Source: Sulfolobaceae archaeon (lineage in GTDB: Archaea; Thermoproteota; Thermoprotei_A; Sulfolobales; Sulfolobaceae). Taken from it: a stretch of DNA of 64,000 nt. The notes beneath the pieces are model-generated. The model was not told the origin of the DNA. It worked only from the letters and a program-made list of their open reading frames with translations, and did not search any database. Positions 43,444 to 53,548 of the stretch are shown here, piece after piece. A program made the translations under genes and the position numbers. Within the stretch, counting starts at the first letter, position 1; each line of letters begins with the position of its first letter. The stretch covers positions 122,577 through 186,576 of the forward strand of contig JAWARQ010000004.1 of assembly GCA_038893355.1 (NCBI GenBank), written 5' to 3'.

Positions 43444-44611
43444 CTAGTAGTAGTTTGAGATTGTTCTAAAATATATAACGCTATCCTTTTAGCATCTTCA
43501 ACACTAATTTTCTTACCACTATCAGCCAATTTCTTTATTTCATTCAATACATACCTTAATTGATTTTCATTCAAATATATACCCTGCTCTTCTAATAATT
43601 TCTTTAATCCATGAATTCCACTATGTTTACCTAGTGCAATTCTTCTAAAATTCCCTACTTCTTCTGGTGACATTGGCTCATATGTTAACGGATTCTCTAT
43701 GACACCGTGTACATGAATCCCCGATTCATGACCAAATGCGTTATCACCTACTATTGCCTTAAAGTAAGGTACTGGTACCCCCGTTAATTCTGAAACTAGC
43801 CTACTAGTTTCATATAATAAATAAGATTTTACACCAACTTCAAATCCTAATAACTTCTTTAAAGCCATAACAACCTCCTCCAGTGAAGCATTCCCTGCCC
43901 TCTCACCTATTCCATTAACAGTAACATGAACTTGTCGAGCTCCTGCTAATACTCCTGCAATTGAGTTTGCAGTTGCTAAGCCAAAATCGTTATGGCAATG
44001 AACACTTACTATCTTATCTGGACCTACAGTTTCAACAACCTTCTTAATTAAATTATGAAAAGCAAAAGGATGCATAACCCCTACAGTATCTGGAATATTT
44101 ATCCTATCAGCACCAGCCTCTAATGCAGTTTTAATAGCCCTCAATAAGAATGTCTCTTCAGATCTAGTAGCATCTTCTGGACTAAATTCTACTACTAAGC
44201 CATGAGCTTTAGCGTACTTTATTCCTTCATATATTCTCTCAAGCACCTGTTCTCTCGTCATCTTTAATTTATACTTCATATGAATATCAGATGTTGCTAT
44301 AAATAAGTGAATACTAGGTATACCAGTTTCTATGGTCTTGTCAATATCAGACTTTACAAGTCTCGATAGAGCTATCACCTCTACCTCGTCACCCACTTCC
44401 TCTAAAATCTTTCTCGTAGCTTCGAATTCACCTTCAGAGGAGGCAGGAAATCCAGCCTCTATTACATCTACTCCCAACTTTGCTAATTGCCTTGCTATTC
44501 TAACTTTTTGATCAACCGTTAAATCTATTTGTGGTGCTTGTTCACCATCCCTTAACGTTGTATCAAAAATTCTAACTCTTTTTGGGTTAGAGAATACTCA
44601 TCCCTGCTCAT
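43440..44611 (-). CDS. leuA: 2-isopropylmalate synthase, short form without regulatory domain; needs a -1 frameshift near 44580 from the ATG at 44611
   Basis: [14 protein letters not shown] lies upstream of the track's TTG start; [34 protein letters not shown]; frame bounded by TGA at 44600-44598 with no ATG/GTG/TTG before the motif. Confidence 0.88.
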
Positions 44612-45363
44612 GTTATTTGTAAGCCTCTAACTATTAAATATTTCGGTTATTAGTTCGTACATTTTATTTTTTCAAATTTTAATTATTATAATATTTTTAA
44701 ATAATAAGATAAAAAAATTATAATTCCTATATTAATAACCAAAATTATTTATCATAGAGTTATCGTATTTAAAATGTGAAATTCTTCTTTGTGTTTACCC
44801 ATGGCGTAACTTATGCTTACTTTTAATTACTTCTAATTCCGCCACGGGCACACCTCTTAGGGGATTATATACAGTCACCCCTAACTCATTGGGGCTAGTC
44901 GAGGGAAACGTCTATATAATAAACATGTCCATAATAAAGATACTAATTATTAGAAGTGATTAAAAGTAGTTAAAAGTTACGTAAATCTTTCACAGTATTA
45001 TCGCTTATCAGAAAGAAGTTTTCAGTTAGTAAAACAATCTTTCTTATATACTTCTAACTAACGTAAAAATGTAACGATTTTCCTATAAATGCTATTAATA
45101 AATATGTTGAGAAATGTGTGTAAGCTTCTACTATTTATGCGTCAAAGTCGTTCTCTTATATAAAACTTCACCTTATCTATCTATTATATTGTTTGAAATG
45201 GAAGAGAGGACCAATTCGGAAATAATTATTAATATAAAAATTAGAAATAACACCTAAGAGATTTAAAATTCCTAAAGTAAAAAAGATATATAATAATACT
45301 TAATTTCATCTAGCAATAAATAAAAAGTAATATTTTTATTATTCTTCTTTTTAGTGGCAAACT

Positions 45364-45774
45364 TCACTTTACTATAAGCACTGGAACTTTAGATTTGCTA
45401 AGAATTTCCGATGAGACACTACCTAAAATTACCTTCTTAAGTGCCGAAAGACCTCTACTTCCAGTTACAATTAGATTACAATTCTCTTTTTCACAAAATT
45501 CAACTATTGCGCTTGCAACATCATTTGATTCCAAAATTATTCCGTAACAATCAAAACCCTCTAAAAGCTGCATCGCTTCCCTCTGTATTTCCTTAGCCTT
45601 TCTCTCGCTTTCAATTATAACATGATCAGGGGATCTCTGTATTTCCTTAACTATTGTTAATATATAAATTTTATCTCCTTTTCTTATTATATTTTTAAGA
45701 AATTCTAATGCTTTTTTAGAACTTGGTGAACCATCATATGCTAATACTATTTTCATATAAGAGGGAGAAATCAT
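45364..45774 (-). CDS. Universal stress protein
   Basis: IVLAYDGSPSS.KAL, IVTGSRG.S......LGSVS, PVLIVK. Confidence 0.92.
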   Translation of the reverse strand: MISPSYMKIVLAYDGSPSSKKALEFLKNIIRKGDKIYILTIVKEIQRSPDHVIIESERKAKEIQREAMQLLEGFDCYGIILESNDVASAIVEFCEKENCNLIVTGSRGLSALKKVILGSVSSEILSKSKVPVLIVK

Positions 45775-45956
45775 TGTACAAATTTATAAAATTTACTATA
45801 ACTTACTCTAAAAAGTATTATTCTAGTATAGATAGAATTTTAAATAGATATAATAATAATAATTTGAAAAGACAAAATATAACCAACTAAGAAATGTAAC
45901 CCTCATTTTCATATAGATTTATATATTAGATTTTAGTAAAATAAACTCACGAATAT

Positions 45957-46460
45957 GTGAGTCGAGACGTAATGGGAGAGCAGTCTGGAATAAATAAAAT
46001 CCAAGATTTAAAACCCGGAATGGAGCAAATAAATGTGCTTGTTAGGGTTCTTCAAGTTAATGAACCAAGAGTTGTTCAAACGAGGAATGGTACTAGGAGA
46101 TTAAGCGAGGCAATTGTAGGAGATGAAAGTGGAAGGACTAAGTTAACTTTATGGGGTAAACATGCAGGAACACTTAAAGACGGTCAAGTTGTTATGATAA
46201 AGGGTGCATGGACTAGTGTATATAAAGGGCAAGTTCAGTTAAATGCAGGAAGTAAAACAGTGATTGAGGAGGCAAGCCCAGAAAGTGTACCAGAAGCTAG
46301 TGAAATACCAGAGACTTCACCAACTGCACCAGAAATGCCAAGAAGAGGAGGATTTAGAGGCGGAAGAGGCGGTGGAAGAGGTTTTAAGGGCGGTAGAGGA
46401 GGTTATCAAGGTAGAAGAAGATCAAGTCAAGAGAGTGAGAGTGAGGAGGATGAAGAATGA
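45957..46460 (+). CDS. ssb: Crenarchaeal single-stranded DNA-binding protein (ATG at 45972 is an alternative start)
   Basis: Single OB fold (VGDESGR.KLTLWG, AWT..YKGQVQLNAG), Gly/Arg-rich then acidic tail. Confidence 0.95.
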   Translation: MSRDVMGEQSGINKIQDLKPGMEQINVLVRVLQVNEPRVVQTRNGTRRLSEAIVGDESGRTKLTLWGKHAGTLKDGQVVMIKGAWTSVYKGQVQLNAGSKTVIEEASPESVPEASEIPETSPTAPEMPRRGGFRGGRGGGRGFKGGRGGYQGRRRSSQESESEEDEE

Positions 46461-46741
46461 CAAGTTATGAGGATATCAAATCTAAATTACCAAAGAAAAT
46501 AGGCGAGGTAATTGCAAAGAGTGAAGATAACGAGAACTTCATTATTAAAGTTTCTGATGATAAGATATATGAAGTCGTACCAGTAGCATACTATATCTGG
46601 GAAATGTGTGACGGTTCTCACACTGTAGAGCAAATAGTAGATGAAATAAGTAGAGAGGCAGGTATCCCTGCAGAACAATTAAGAGAAACAGTAGCACTTA
46701 TAATTTCTGAGCTAGAAAAAGCATCTCTAATCTCTATTTAG
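46457..46741 (+). CDS. PqqD/RRE-family protein
   Basis: AYYIWEMCDG.HTVEQIV..I, ELEKASLI pattern. Confidence 0.78.
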   Translation: MTSYEDIKSKLPKKIGEVIAKSEDNENFIIKVSDDKIYEVVPVAYYIWEMCDGSHTVEQIVDEISREAGIPAEQLRETVALIISELEKASLISI

Positions 46742-46780
46742 GTAAAGTTATTTATATTTTATTTTCCATTATTTTAATTT

Positions 46781-48424
46781 ATGAGAGTTATACTTAAGGA
46801 TGAAGAATTATTATTACCGATTGAAGCTTTAAATAAGTTTAAGGAAAGATTACCTCCTAAACTCCTAGAAATTGAAGAAGTAAATTTAGAGGATGCATTA
46901 GGAAGAGTTCTAGCAGAAGACATAGAGTCACCAATACATTCTCCACCATTTTCTAGATCCACTGTTGACGGATTTGCAATACGTTCAGTAGATACCCCTG
47001 GTAGATTGAGGATTATTGGTAAAATTGAAATTGGTGAATATTCCAATTTGAAGATCTCAAAGGGAGAGGCTGTAGAAGTTGATACTGGCTCAATGATTCC
47101 AGAAGGTGCTGATGCAGTTGTGAAGGTTGAAGATGTAGTTAGAGAAGGTGATTATATAGTTATAAATAAAAAAGTTAATTTGGGTTCTAACATAGCCTGG
47201 ATTGGAAGTGATATACCTAAGGGTTTTATAGTAGCATTTAAGGGAACTATCCTAAATCCTCAAATAATTTCTAGTCTAGCTTCACTAGGAATAAGAAGAG
47301 TGAAGGTTTTTAGAAAACCTAAGGTTGCAGTAATAATAACTGGTAATGAATTAATCGAGCCTGGTTCTAATTTAATACCGGGCAAGGTTTATGAAACTAA
47401 TTCGTTCTATTTAATATCTAAGTTGAAGGAAATGGGTGCTGAGGTAGTAAGGAGAAAAGTTGTGAGGGATAATTTAGAGGAAATTAAGAGGGAACTACTT
47501 GATGCATTAAGAGATGCAGATATCGTAATTGCAACCGGAGGAAGTAGCGCAGGAGAGAGAGATTTCTTACATCATGCAATAAGGGAATTAGGGAATATAA
47601 TAGTTCACGGTTTGAAGTTTAAGCCGGGAAAGCCTACAATATTGGCTGAGATAAATAATAAACCAGTTTTTGGCTTACCAGGAAATCCAGTTTCTACTTT
47701 AATGATATTTGAGGAACTAATTAGTAAGTATTTAAAGGAAATGATGGGAATTAGAGAGGAGAAAGGTCATGTTATAAAGGCTAAGCTAGTATTAAATGCA
47801 AGGGCAGACCCTAAAAGGGTAACATATCAACCAGTTTATGTGATTAAAGGTGATGATGGATCGTTTTATGCAATACCAATTCCATTCGATAGTTATATGA
47901 TTAATACTTTTTCACTTTCAGACGGATTCATAGTAATGAATCCTAATGAAGAATATAAAGAGGGTCAAGAAGTTAATGTAGTTCTAAAGAAACCAATTGA
48001 GGACAGGCCAGTTGTAGTCGGCGAGGAATCTTCGATTATGAAAATGCTAGAGGATAACTTTAAGTTTAGGATATTACCAATTGGATCATTACCTGCATAT
48101 AAATTGCTAAAAAATAATGCTGGAGACGTCTTTATAATAAGTTCATTAATGTATAATTTACAGGAGGAGTATAGCCCAACTAAAATAATAAAGAGAAAAA
48201 TTTTAGTAAATGGTGAAGGTGCTGAAATAGGATATTTTGAATGGATAGGATTAAGTAAGCTAGTTAAGAACCCTACCGTAAGGCTAAGATATGTAAGTCT
48301 TGCGAGAAACTTTATAGGGAAGGCTAAAGTTGTTATACCGGAAGATCTCGGAGTTCAAGGGGAGTATTTGTTAGATGAGGAATTATATATCATAGTAAGG
48401 AATAAGGGACTGAGAATATTCTAG
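46781..48424 (+). CDS. moeA: Molybdopterin molybdotransferase MoeA with C-terminal extension
   Basis: GRVLAED, PPFSRSTVDGFA, TGNEL, TGGSSAG..D, KPGKP, GLPGNP. Confidence 0.92.
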   Translation: MRVILKDEELLLPIEALNKFKERLPPKLLEIEEVNLEDALGRVLAEDIESPIHSPPFSRSTVDGFAIRSVDTPGRLRIIGKIEIGEYSNLKISKGEAVEVDTGSMIPEGADAVVKVEDVVREGDYIVINKKVNLGSNIAWIGSDIPKGFIVAFKGTILNPQIISSLASLGIRRVKVFRKPKVAVIITGNELIEPGSNLIPGKVYETNSFYLISKLKEMGAEVVRRKVVRDNLEEIKRELLDALRDADIVIATGGSSAGERDFLHHAIRELGNIIVHGLKFKPGKPTILAEINNKPVFGLPGNPVSTLMIFEELISKYLKEMMGIREEKGHVIKAKLVLNARADPKRVTYQPVYVIKGDDGSFYAIPIPFDSYMINTFSLSDGFIVMNPNEEYKEGQEVNVVLKKPIEDRPVVVGEESSIMKMLEDNFKFRILPIGSLPAYKLLKNNAGDVFIISSLMYNLQEEYSPTKIIKRKILVNGEGAEIGYFEWIGLSKLVKNPTVRLRYVSLARNFIGKAKVVIPEDLGVQGEYLLDEELYIIVRNKGLRIF

Positions 48425-48491
48425 AAAGGAATTTTTTCTAAAGCTCTTAAGAAGATCGAATTAATATTCTATAGTTCAGCATTTTGTCCAA

Positions 48492-49421
48492 ATGGAACTC
48501 ATTAGAGCTTATGCATATTCTTCATCAGCAAATTTAGGTGCAGGGTTTGACGTACTTGCTGTGGCCCACAATGCCTATAGGGACAATGTTGAGGCTTCTG
48601 CCGAAATATCTTCAACTTTAAGAGTAAGGATAGAGGCTAAAGGGGTTCCAATAGACCCTTACTCAAATTCTGCAGGATATGCTGTATTAAGGTTATTAGA
48701 AGATCTAGGCAAAAAGTATAGTATTACTATAAAGATAGATAAGGGTATTCCAGTGGGGCTTGGGCTAGGGAGTAGTGGTGCTTCTGCTACTGCAGCTGTC
48801 CTGGCTATTAATGAACTATTAAATTTAGGGTTAAGCAGAGAGGAGCTTATATATTATGCAATGTTAGGGGAAGGTGCAGTAGCAGGCTCTCCACATCCTG
48901 ACAATGTTGCAGCAAGTATGATTGGAGGCTTTGTGGCTGTAGTATCAACCAATCCGATAAAAGTTATAAAAATACCAAATAAAATAGATTTAGATTTATT
49001 AATATTCATTCCTAAAGTAGAAATAGATAACAAAACTAAGAAAGCAAGAGAAATGGTTCCAAAGAGTATAGAGTTAAAGAGCTATGTCAATAACTCCAGA
49101 AGCATTGCATCTCTCTTAATTGGGATAATAGAGGGAAATAGGGAGTTAATAAGGATTGGCCTAAATGATGAGATAGTAGAAAAATCAAGACTACCGCTAT
49201 TTCCTTACTACCCTAAGATTAAAGAAATAGCATTAAAATATGACGCAATAGGATCCTGCGTTAGTGGTGCTGGGCCCTCAATATTAGTATTTATAGATAA
49301 GGGAGCAAAAAAGGAGAAAATAATTGAGGAAGGTAAAAGGGTATTTCAAGAATACTCATTACCAGTTGAAATAAAATTGGCTAAAGTAGCAGGAGGTGCA
49401 GAGATTGAGAGAAGGGACTAA
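48492..49421 (+). CDS. thrB: Homoserine kinase
   Basis: SSANLGAGFD, IPVGLGLGSSGA, HPDNVA, SGAGPS. Confidence 0.95.
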   Translation: MELIRAYAYSSSANLGAGFDVLAVAHNAYRDNVEASAEISSTLRVRIEAKGVPIDPYSNSAGYAVLRLLEDLGKKYSITIKIDKGIPVGLGLGSSGASATAAVLAINELLNLGLSREELIYYAMLGEGAVAGSPHPDNVAASMIGGFVAVVSTNPIKVIKIPNKIDLDLLIFIPKVEIDNKTKKAREMVPKSIELKSYVNNSRSIASLLIGIIEGNRELIRIGLNDEIVEKSRLPLFPYYPKIKEIALKYDAIGSCVSGAGPSILVFIDKGAKKEKIIEEGKRVFQEYSLPVEIKLAKVAGGAEIERRD

Positions 49422-50535
49422 AATAGTCTTTGAGGAAATAGATCAACAAACTGGCTCTGTTACAACACCGATCTACCAAACTACTGCATTTGCATTTCCT
49501 GTTGGCGAGAAATATAGGTATAGTAGGGAATCGAACCCTACAGTACTTTCATTATCTAAAAAGATAGCGGAGCTGGAGGGAACGGAATCTGCCACAGTAT
49601 TTTCATCAGGAATGGGTGCGATAACTACATCAATACTAAGTATGCTAAGACCAGGCGGAAAAGTTTTAATACATTTAGACATATTCGGAAGAACTTACAA
49701 GTTTTTTACGGAATTCCTAAGACAATGGAATGTAAATGTAGATATTGCAGATCCAGGCACTGAGAACTATTTAAAGAAACTAAGTGAAAATAGATATGAT
49801 ATTGCGTATCTAGAGATAATTTCCAATCCCTTATTGAGAGTTTTAGATGTCGAAAGAATTTGTAAGATAGCAAAAGAGAAATCAACTATTGTAGTCGTAG
49901 ACTCTACATTCGCAACTCCAGTAAACATAAGACCAGCTGAATACGGTGCTGATGTTATTATTCACAGTGCTTCAAAATTCTTAGCAGGTCATAATGATGT
50001 GATTGCAGGTGCAGCTGCAGGAAGTAATCAGTTAATATCCAAAATAGATACGTTACGGAGAACATTGGGAACATCACTGGATCCTCATGCTGCATATTTA
50101 GTTCTTAGGGGGATAAAGACGTTAAAGATTAGGATGGACGTTATCAATAGGAATGCTATAGCTATAGCCGAATTCTTAGAAGAGCACCCTAAAGTTTTAA
50201 AGGTATACTATCCTGGATTACCTTCCCATCCGGATTATAAGATAGCATCAAGAATTTTAAGGGGATTTGGCGGTGTTGTAAGCTTTGAAATAAGAGGTTC
50301 AAAGGATGATGCCTTAAAAGTCATGTCAAGGACTAAGATCATACTGCCTGCACAAACTTTAGGAGGGGTTAACTCGATAATCTCTCACCCAGTTACAATG
50401 ACGCATAGAAACTTGACCAAAGAAGAGCTAAGCAGGGTAGGAATAAACGAGAATTTACTTAGACTTTCTGTAGGTATAGAGGATGTAAATGATTTGATAG
50501 AAGATCTTGATAATGCATTAAATTCAATAGGTTAA
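49396..50535 (+). CDS. metB: Cystathionine gamma-synthase family PLP enzyme
   Basis: YSRESNPT, FSSGMGA, DSTFATP, HSASKFLAGH.D, RLSVGIED; coupled to thrB. Confidence 0.88.
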   Translation: MQRLREGTKIVFEEIDQQTGSVTTPIYQTTAFAFPVGEKYRYSRESNPTVLSLSKKIAELEGTESATVFSSGMGAITTSILSMLRPGGKVLIHLDIFGRTYKFFTEFLRQWNVNVDIADPGTENYLKKLSENRYDIAYLEIISNPLLRVLDVERICKIAKEKSTIVVVDSTFATPVNIRPAEYGADVIIHSASKFLAGHNDVIAGAAAGSNQLISKIDTLRRTLGTSLDPHAAYLVLRGIKTLKIRMDVINRNAIAIAEFLEEHPKVLKVYYPGLPSHPDYKIASRILRGFGGVVSFEIRGSKDDALKVMSRTKIILPAQTLGGVNSIISHPVTMTHRNLTKEELSRVGINENLLRLSVGIEDVNDLIEDLDNALNSIG

Positions 50536-50841
50536 TTTCTTTATCTGTATTTTTAACTCATCTTCTATTATTGCCCTAATCTCATCCCTGTGAACCCTAG
50601 ATAGATGTAAGTATAGCCCCTTTTTAGTAAATGGTCCTTTGTTGCATAGTTTACAATAAAGTAAATTATTATTCTCTTGGACTAGCCAAAATGAAACCCT
50701 TTCAATTACTACTTTTGCTATCTTACTCATGGAAACTCCAACTTGTTTTATAATATCCTCATCCTCTACTTCCATCTTTGACGCAAATTTTGCTGTGATA
50801 TCAACGAGCTTACTAGCAGTTATTGATATCCCGCTATCCAT
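50524..50841 (-). CDS. C2H2 zinc-finger protein
   Basis: CKLCNKGPFTKKGLYLHLSRVH. Confidence 0.8.
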   Translation of the reverse strand: MDSGISITASKLVDITAKFASKMEVEDEDIIKQVGVSMSKIAKVVIERVSFWLVQENNNLLYCKLCNKGPFTKKGLYLHLSRVHRDEIRAIIEDELKIQIKKLTY

Positions 50842-51368
50842 TTCTCATCCCAAATACTTGCTATTCCAATTGCTATTACGAAAATGGAAATTAATCTATA
50901 TGCCCTCTTTAAACTATCACTCACATTAATGAAACTATTTACTTCATTCAAATCGACTCCTAGGCACCTTAATATCCTCATTATCTTGACTTCCAGGCTA
51001 GTCCAATTTTCGATTAGGGTCTTTTCCTCTAAGCCCCTTTTTGCTCTAACAACCTCTGAAAAAACTTCTCCTAAATCGTCTTCAGAAATCTCACCAATTA
51101 CTTTACTTAACCTCTTATTAATTTTACTAGCTATGACCTCTATCATACCGGGAACGTATTCTATTGGTGAGATTAACGATATCCACTTAGTTAAATAACC
51201 TTTAATCAGTTCCTCTAAATCTTCATCCCTCTTACCCTCTATGCCTTCTACTATCGATTCTATAGAGATTAACCTAGCTAGCTCATATCCAATGCTACTA
51301 TCATCTATTTTCTCAATATCAAATGGCGTAACTATACTATTATTACTTATATCAACGCTACTACTCAT
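50820..51368 (-). CDS. Hypothetical protein
   Basis: 182-aa ORF overlapping the C2H2 gene. Confidence 0.6.
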   Translation of the reverse strand: MSSSVDISNNSIVTPFDIEKIDDSSIGYELARLISIESIVEGIEGKRDEDLEELIKGYLTKWISLISPIEYVPGMIEVIASKINKRLSKVIGEISEDDLGEVFSEVVRAKRGLEEKTLIENWTSLEVKIMRILRCLGVDLNEVNSFINVSDSLKRAYRLISIFVIAIGIASIWDEKWIAGYQ

Positions 51369-51527
51369 ACAACATTCACGAATTGAGGCTTTCTCAAAAA
51401 CTACTTTAAGGAAGAGAAGCTAATAATACTCTTATAACTCATGAATAGGTAAAATAGAATTTGGATATTTTAGAACAGGATAATAAAAGCCGAACATTTT
51501 TTAAAACTAGCTTTACTACAAATAATC

Positions 51528-51579
51528 CTGACCACCTCCTTCCCGCCCTGAAGAGCAAGGCTTGTCGTTCGTTTTGTCA
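51528..51579 (-). mobile_element. ~50-bp palindromic IS200/IS605-end-like mini-element, copy 1
   Basis: Reverse complement TGACAAAACGAACGACAAGCCTTGCTCTTCAGGGCGGGAAGGAGGTGGTCAG. Confidence 0.75.
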
Positions 51580-51708
51580 GTAGTACTTTATCTTAACGAA
51601 TACGCTAAATTTTGATAAAAGATTATTTTATTTGAATTTATATTAAATAATTTTATTATAAAAGAAAGTATTGTAATTATATAATATATATGTCCATTTT
51701 TCTTAACT

Positions 51709-52719
51709 TTATATACTAATCTTGGCTCTAATTCTAAGCCTTTCCCTCCCTCTCATCCTAATATCTCTTATAACTTCTTGACTAACCGAATTAGAATTCT
51801 TCCATAACTTTGAAAATAGGTCAAGCTCGAAATTATATTCTGTATAAATCCCTAAATCGTTAAATACTTTCATAACCTCTTCTAAACTCCTAGTTTCCTT
51901 TACAGCATTAAAGGTAATATTATCTTGTGCAATGATTACTGGATCTAAGAAGAACATTACGGCACTTATCGGTGATACTTTCACCTCTCTTGATCCCCCT
52001 CTTATCTTCATAATACCATAATATCCTTTAAAGGCCTCAAATGGAATCCTAGAGGCCTCAGTATTTACGTATCGTAAAATCACAGAAATTAGTTCTGCAG
52101 ACTCCTTATCTATACCCTTTATGTCAATTAAACCACCTCTTTTAGCAACCTCTGAAATCCTTTGAAGTATGTAATCTTGATCCAATTCGCCATCACTGCC
52201 TGCCCCTATTGTCGCAATAACCGCATTATAATTATAACTTCTGAGAAGAGCTAACGTAGAGAGCATTATTGTATCTATTAGAGGGCTTAATAGATTTTCC
52301 TCATTACCCTTAGCCAACACATCTCCTCCTGCATCAACTCCTACAATTAAATCGTACTTCTTAACCCTCTGAATAAAATCAAGAAGACCATAAAACGTTC
52401 CCTTAACTCCATACTTTACACAAATTGAGTAACCATTAGTATTAAGGATTCTTAATATCCTAACAAGCTGCGGTATTACTACTGACCCACCTCTTATTGA
52501 ATAAGAGCTCTTATTGACCTCAACTATAACGTCATTTATTACTTTCACATTCATAAAGTCATCCTTACAAATAGGTCCTGGAATAGGATCCTCCACATAC
52601 CTCTCCCAGGTTACCGCACCTAAATCTACATGATATCCCAGCTTACTTAGATAATTATAAGCTATCAATGCAGAAACTGCATCACCTCCTCCACCTAGGC
52701 CAAATACTAAAGCCCTCAT
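51709..52719 (-). CDS. DUF1152 family protein
   Basis: GLGGGGD, WER...DP.PGP, GVDAGGD.LA.G.E..L.SPL.D, G.DGEL, TEAS. Confidence 0.85.
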   Translation of the reverse strand: MRALVFGLGGGGDAVSALIAYNYLSKLGYHVDLGAVTWERYVEDPIPGPICKDDFMNVKVINDVIVEVNKSSYSIRGGSVVIPQLVRILRILNTNGYSICVKYGVKGTFYGLLDFIQRVKKYDLIVGVDAGGDVLAKGNEENLLSPLIDTIMLSTLALLRSYNYNAVIATIGAGSDGELDQDYILQRISEVAKRGGLIDIKGIDKESAELISVILRYVNTEASRIPFEAFKGYYGIMKIRGGSREVKVSPISAVMFFLDPVIIAQDNITFNAVKETRSLEEVMKVFNDLGIYTEYNFELDLFSKLWKNSNSVSQEVIRDIRMRGRERLRIRAKISI

Positions 52720-52769
52720 GACTAATAGTAATAGTTAATTTGAAGGATAAATATACATCACTTTTTAAT

Positions 52770-52816
52770 TGACAAAACGAACGATAAACTCGCCCTTCAG
52801 GGCGGAGAGGAGCCAG
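52770..52816 (+). mobile_element. ~50-bp palindromic IS200/IS605-end-like mini-element, copy 2
   Basis: TGACAAAACGAACGATAAACTCGCCCTTCAGGGCGGAGAGGAGCCAG; CGCCCT/AGGGCG hairpin. Confidence 0.75.
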
Positions 52817-53548
52817 AGAACAACTTTTTAACTCGAACTCCTTATTGGAAAAATAATTATATGTTAATATATTAAATTAAATAATTATTTAAAATACATA
52901 TTAAAAATAGAGATGTAATAAATCTATAAATATTGCATTTATCTGTAATCTCTTATCGATTTTTTTACACTTAAATTATGAATATGATCCGATTTTTTAC
53001 AGATAATATACGGTAAGTTATACATTTAAGATCATGATTAGGACTACGAGAAAATTACAATTCTCCTAATTCAATCAAAATACAGAACTTTATATACCAG
53101 TTTTAGATAAAGGAACTAGAGCTTATTAGAAAAGAAATTTAAAACGTTTTCTTTTAGTCTTAAATCCCAATATTTTTATCTTGTAACCTATCTTTATGAG
53201 TTTCATAAATCTTCAACAATTTCAGTTCCTATCCTATAAATTATTCATCTTTTCTAAAAAGAGAACGAAATCCCAAGTACTTATCACTCCTCTTCAAAAT
53301 CCCCTTACTTATCATAGCTCTATTACTCCTATAACTCAGTATATTAGAAATATTTGATATAATTTTACTAAAAATTATAATTTTTATTACTATATGGGAA
53401 CAGTCCCGTTTAATTTACAATCTTTTCTCCTATATGATAAGCTGTTATTATTAATATTTAAAATCTAATTTATAAATTATCTTTATAAAACAAATAATAA
53501 TTTTTATCATCAATTTTATATAATTGATATACTTAATAATTTATGAAG

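Noticed and set aside
44598-44600. In-frame TGA upstream of the leuA catalytic motif read as selenocysteine or readthrough
   Set aside because: No in-frame start lies upstream (TAA four codons earlier) and Sulfolobales are not known to have Sec machinery
44587-44601. Second ATG (MSIL-stop) with a prfB-like +1 shift at CTC-TAA-C into leuA
   Set aside because: tRNA-Leu on CUC cannot re-pair well on UCU, and promoter spacing favours ATG 44611; kept only as a minor alternative
44640-45360. Replication origin in the long AT-rich intergenic region
   Set aside because: No ORB-type repeats seen and no cdc6/whiP gene nearby
24631-45820. Other AGTATTA matches (24631, 45814) as aCcr1 sites
   Set aside because: An AT-rich 7-mer is expected by chance in this genome; no supporting context
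46345-46415. GGCGGAAGAGGCGGTGGAAGAGG repeats as a DNA repeat element
   Set aside because: Explained by the RGG-rich coding tail of SSB
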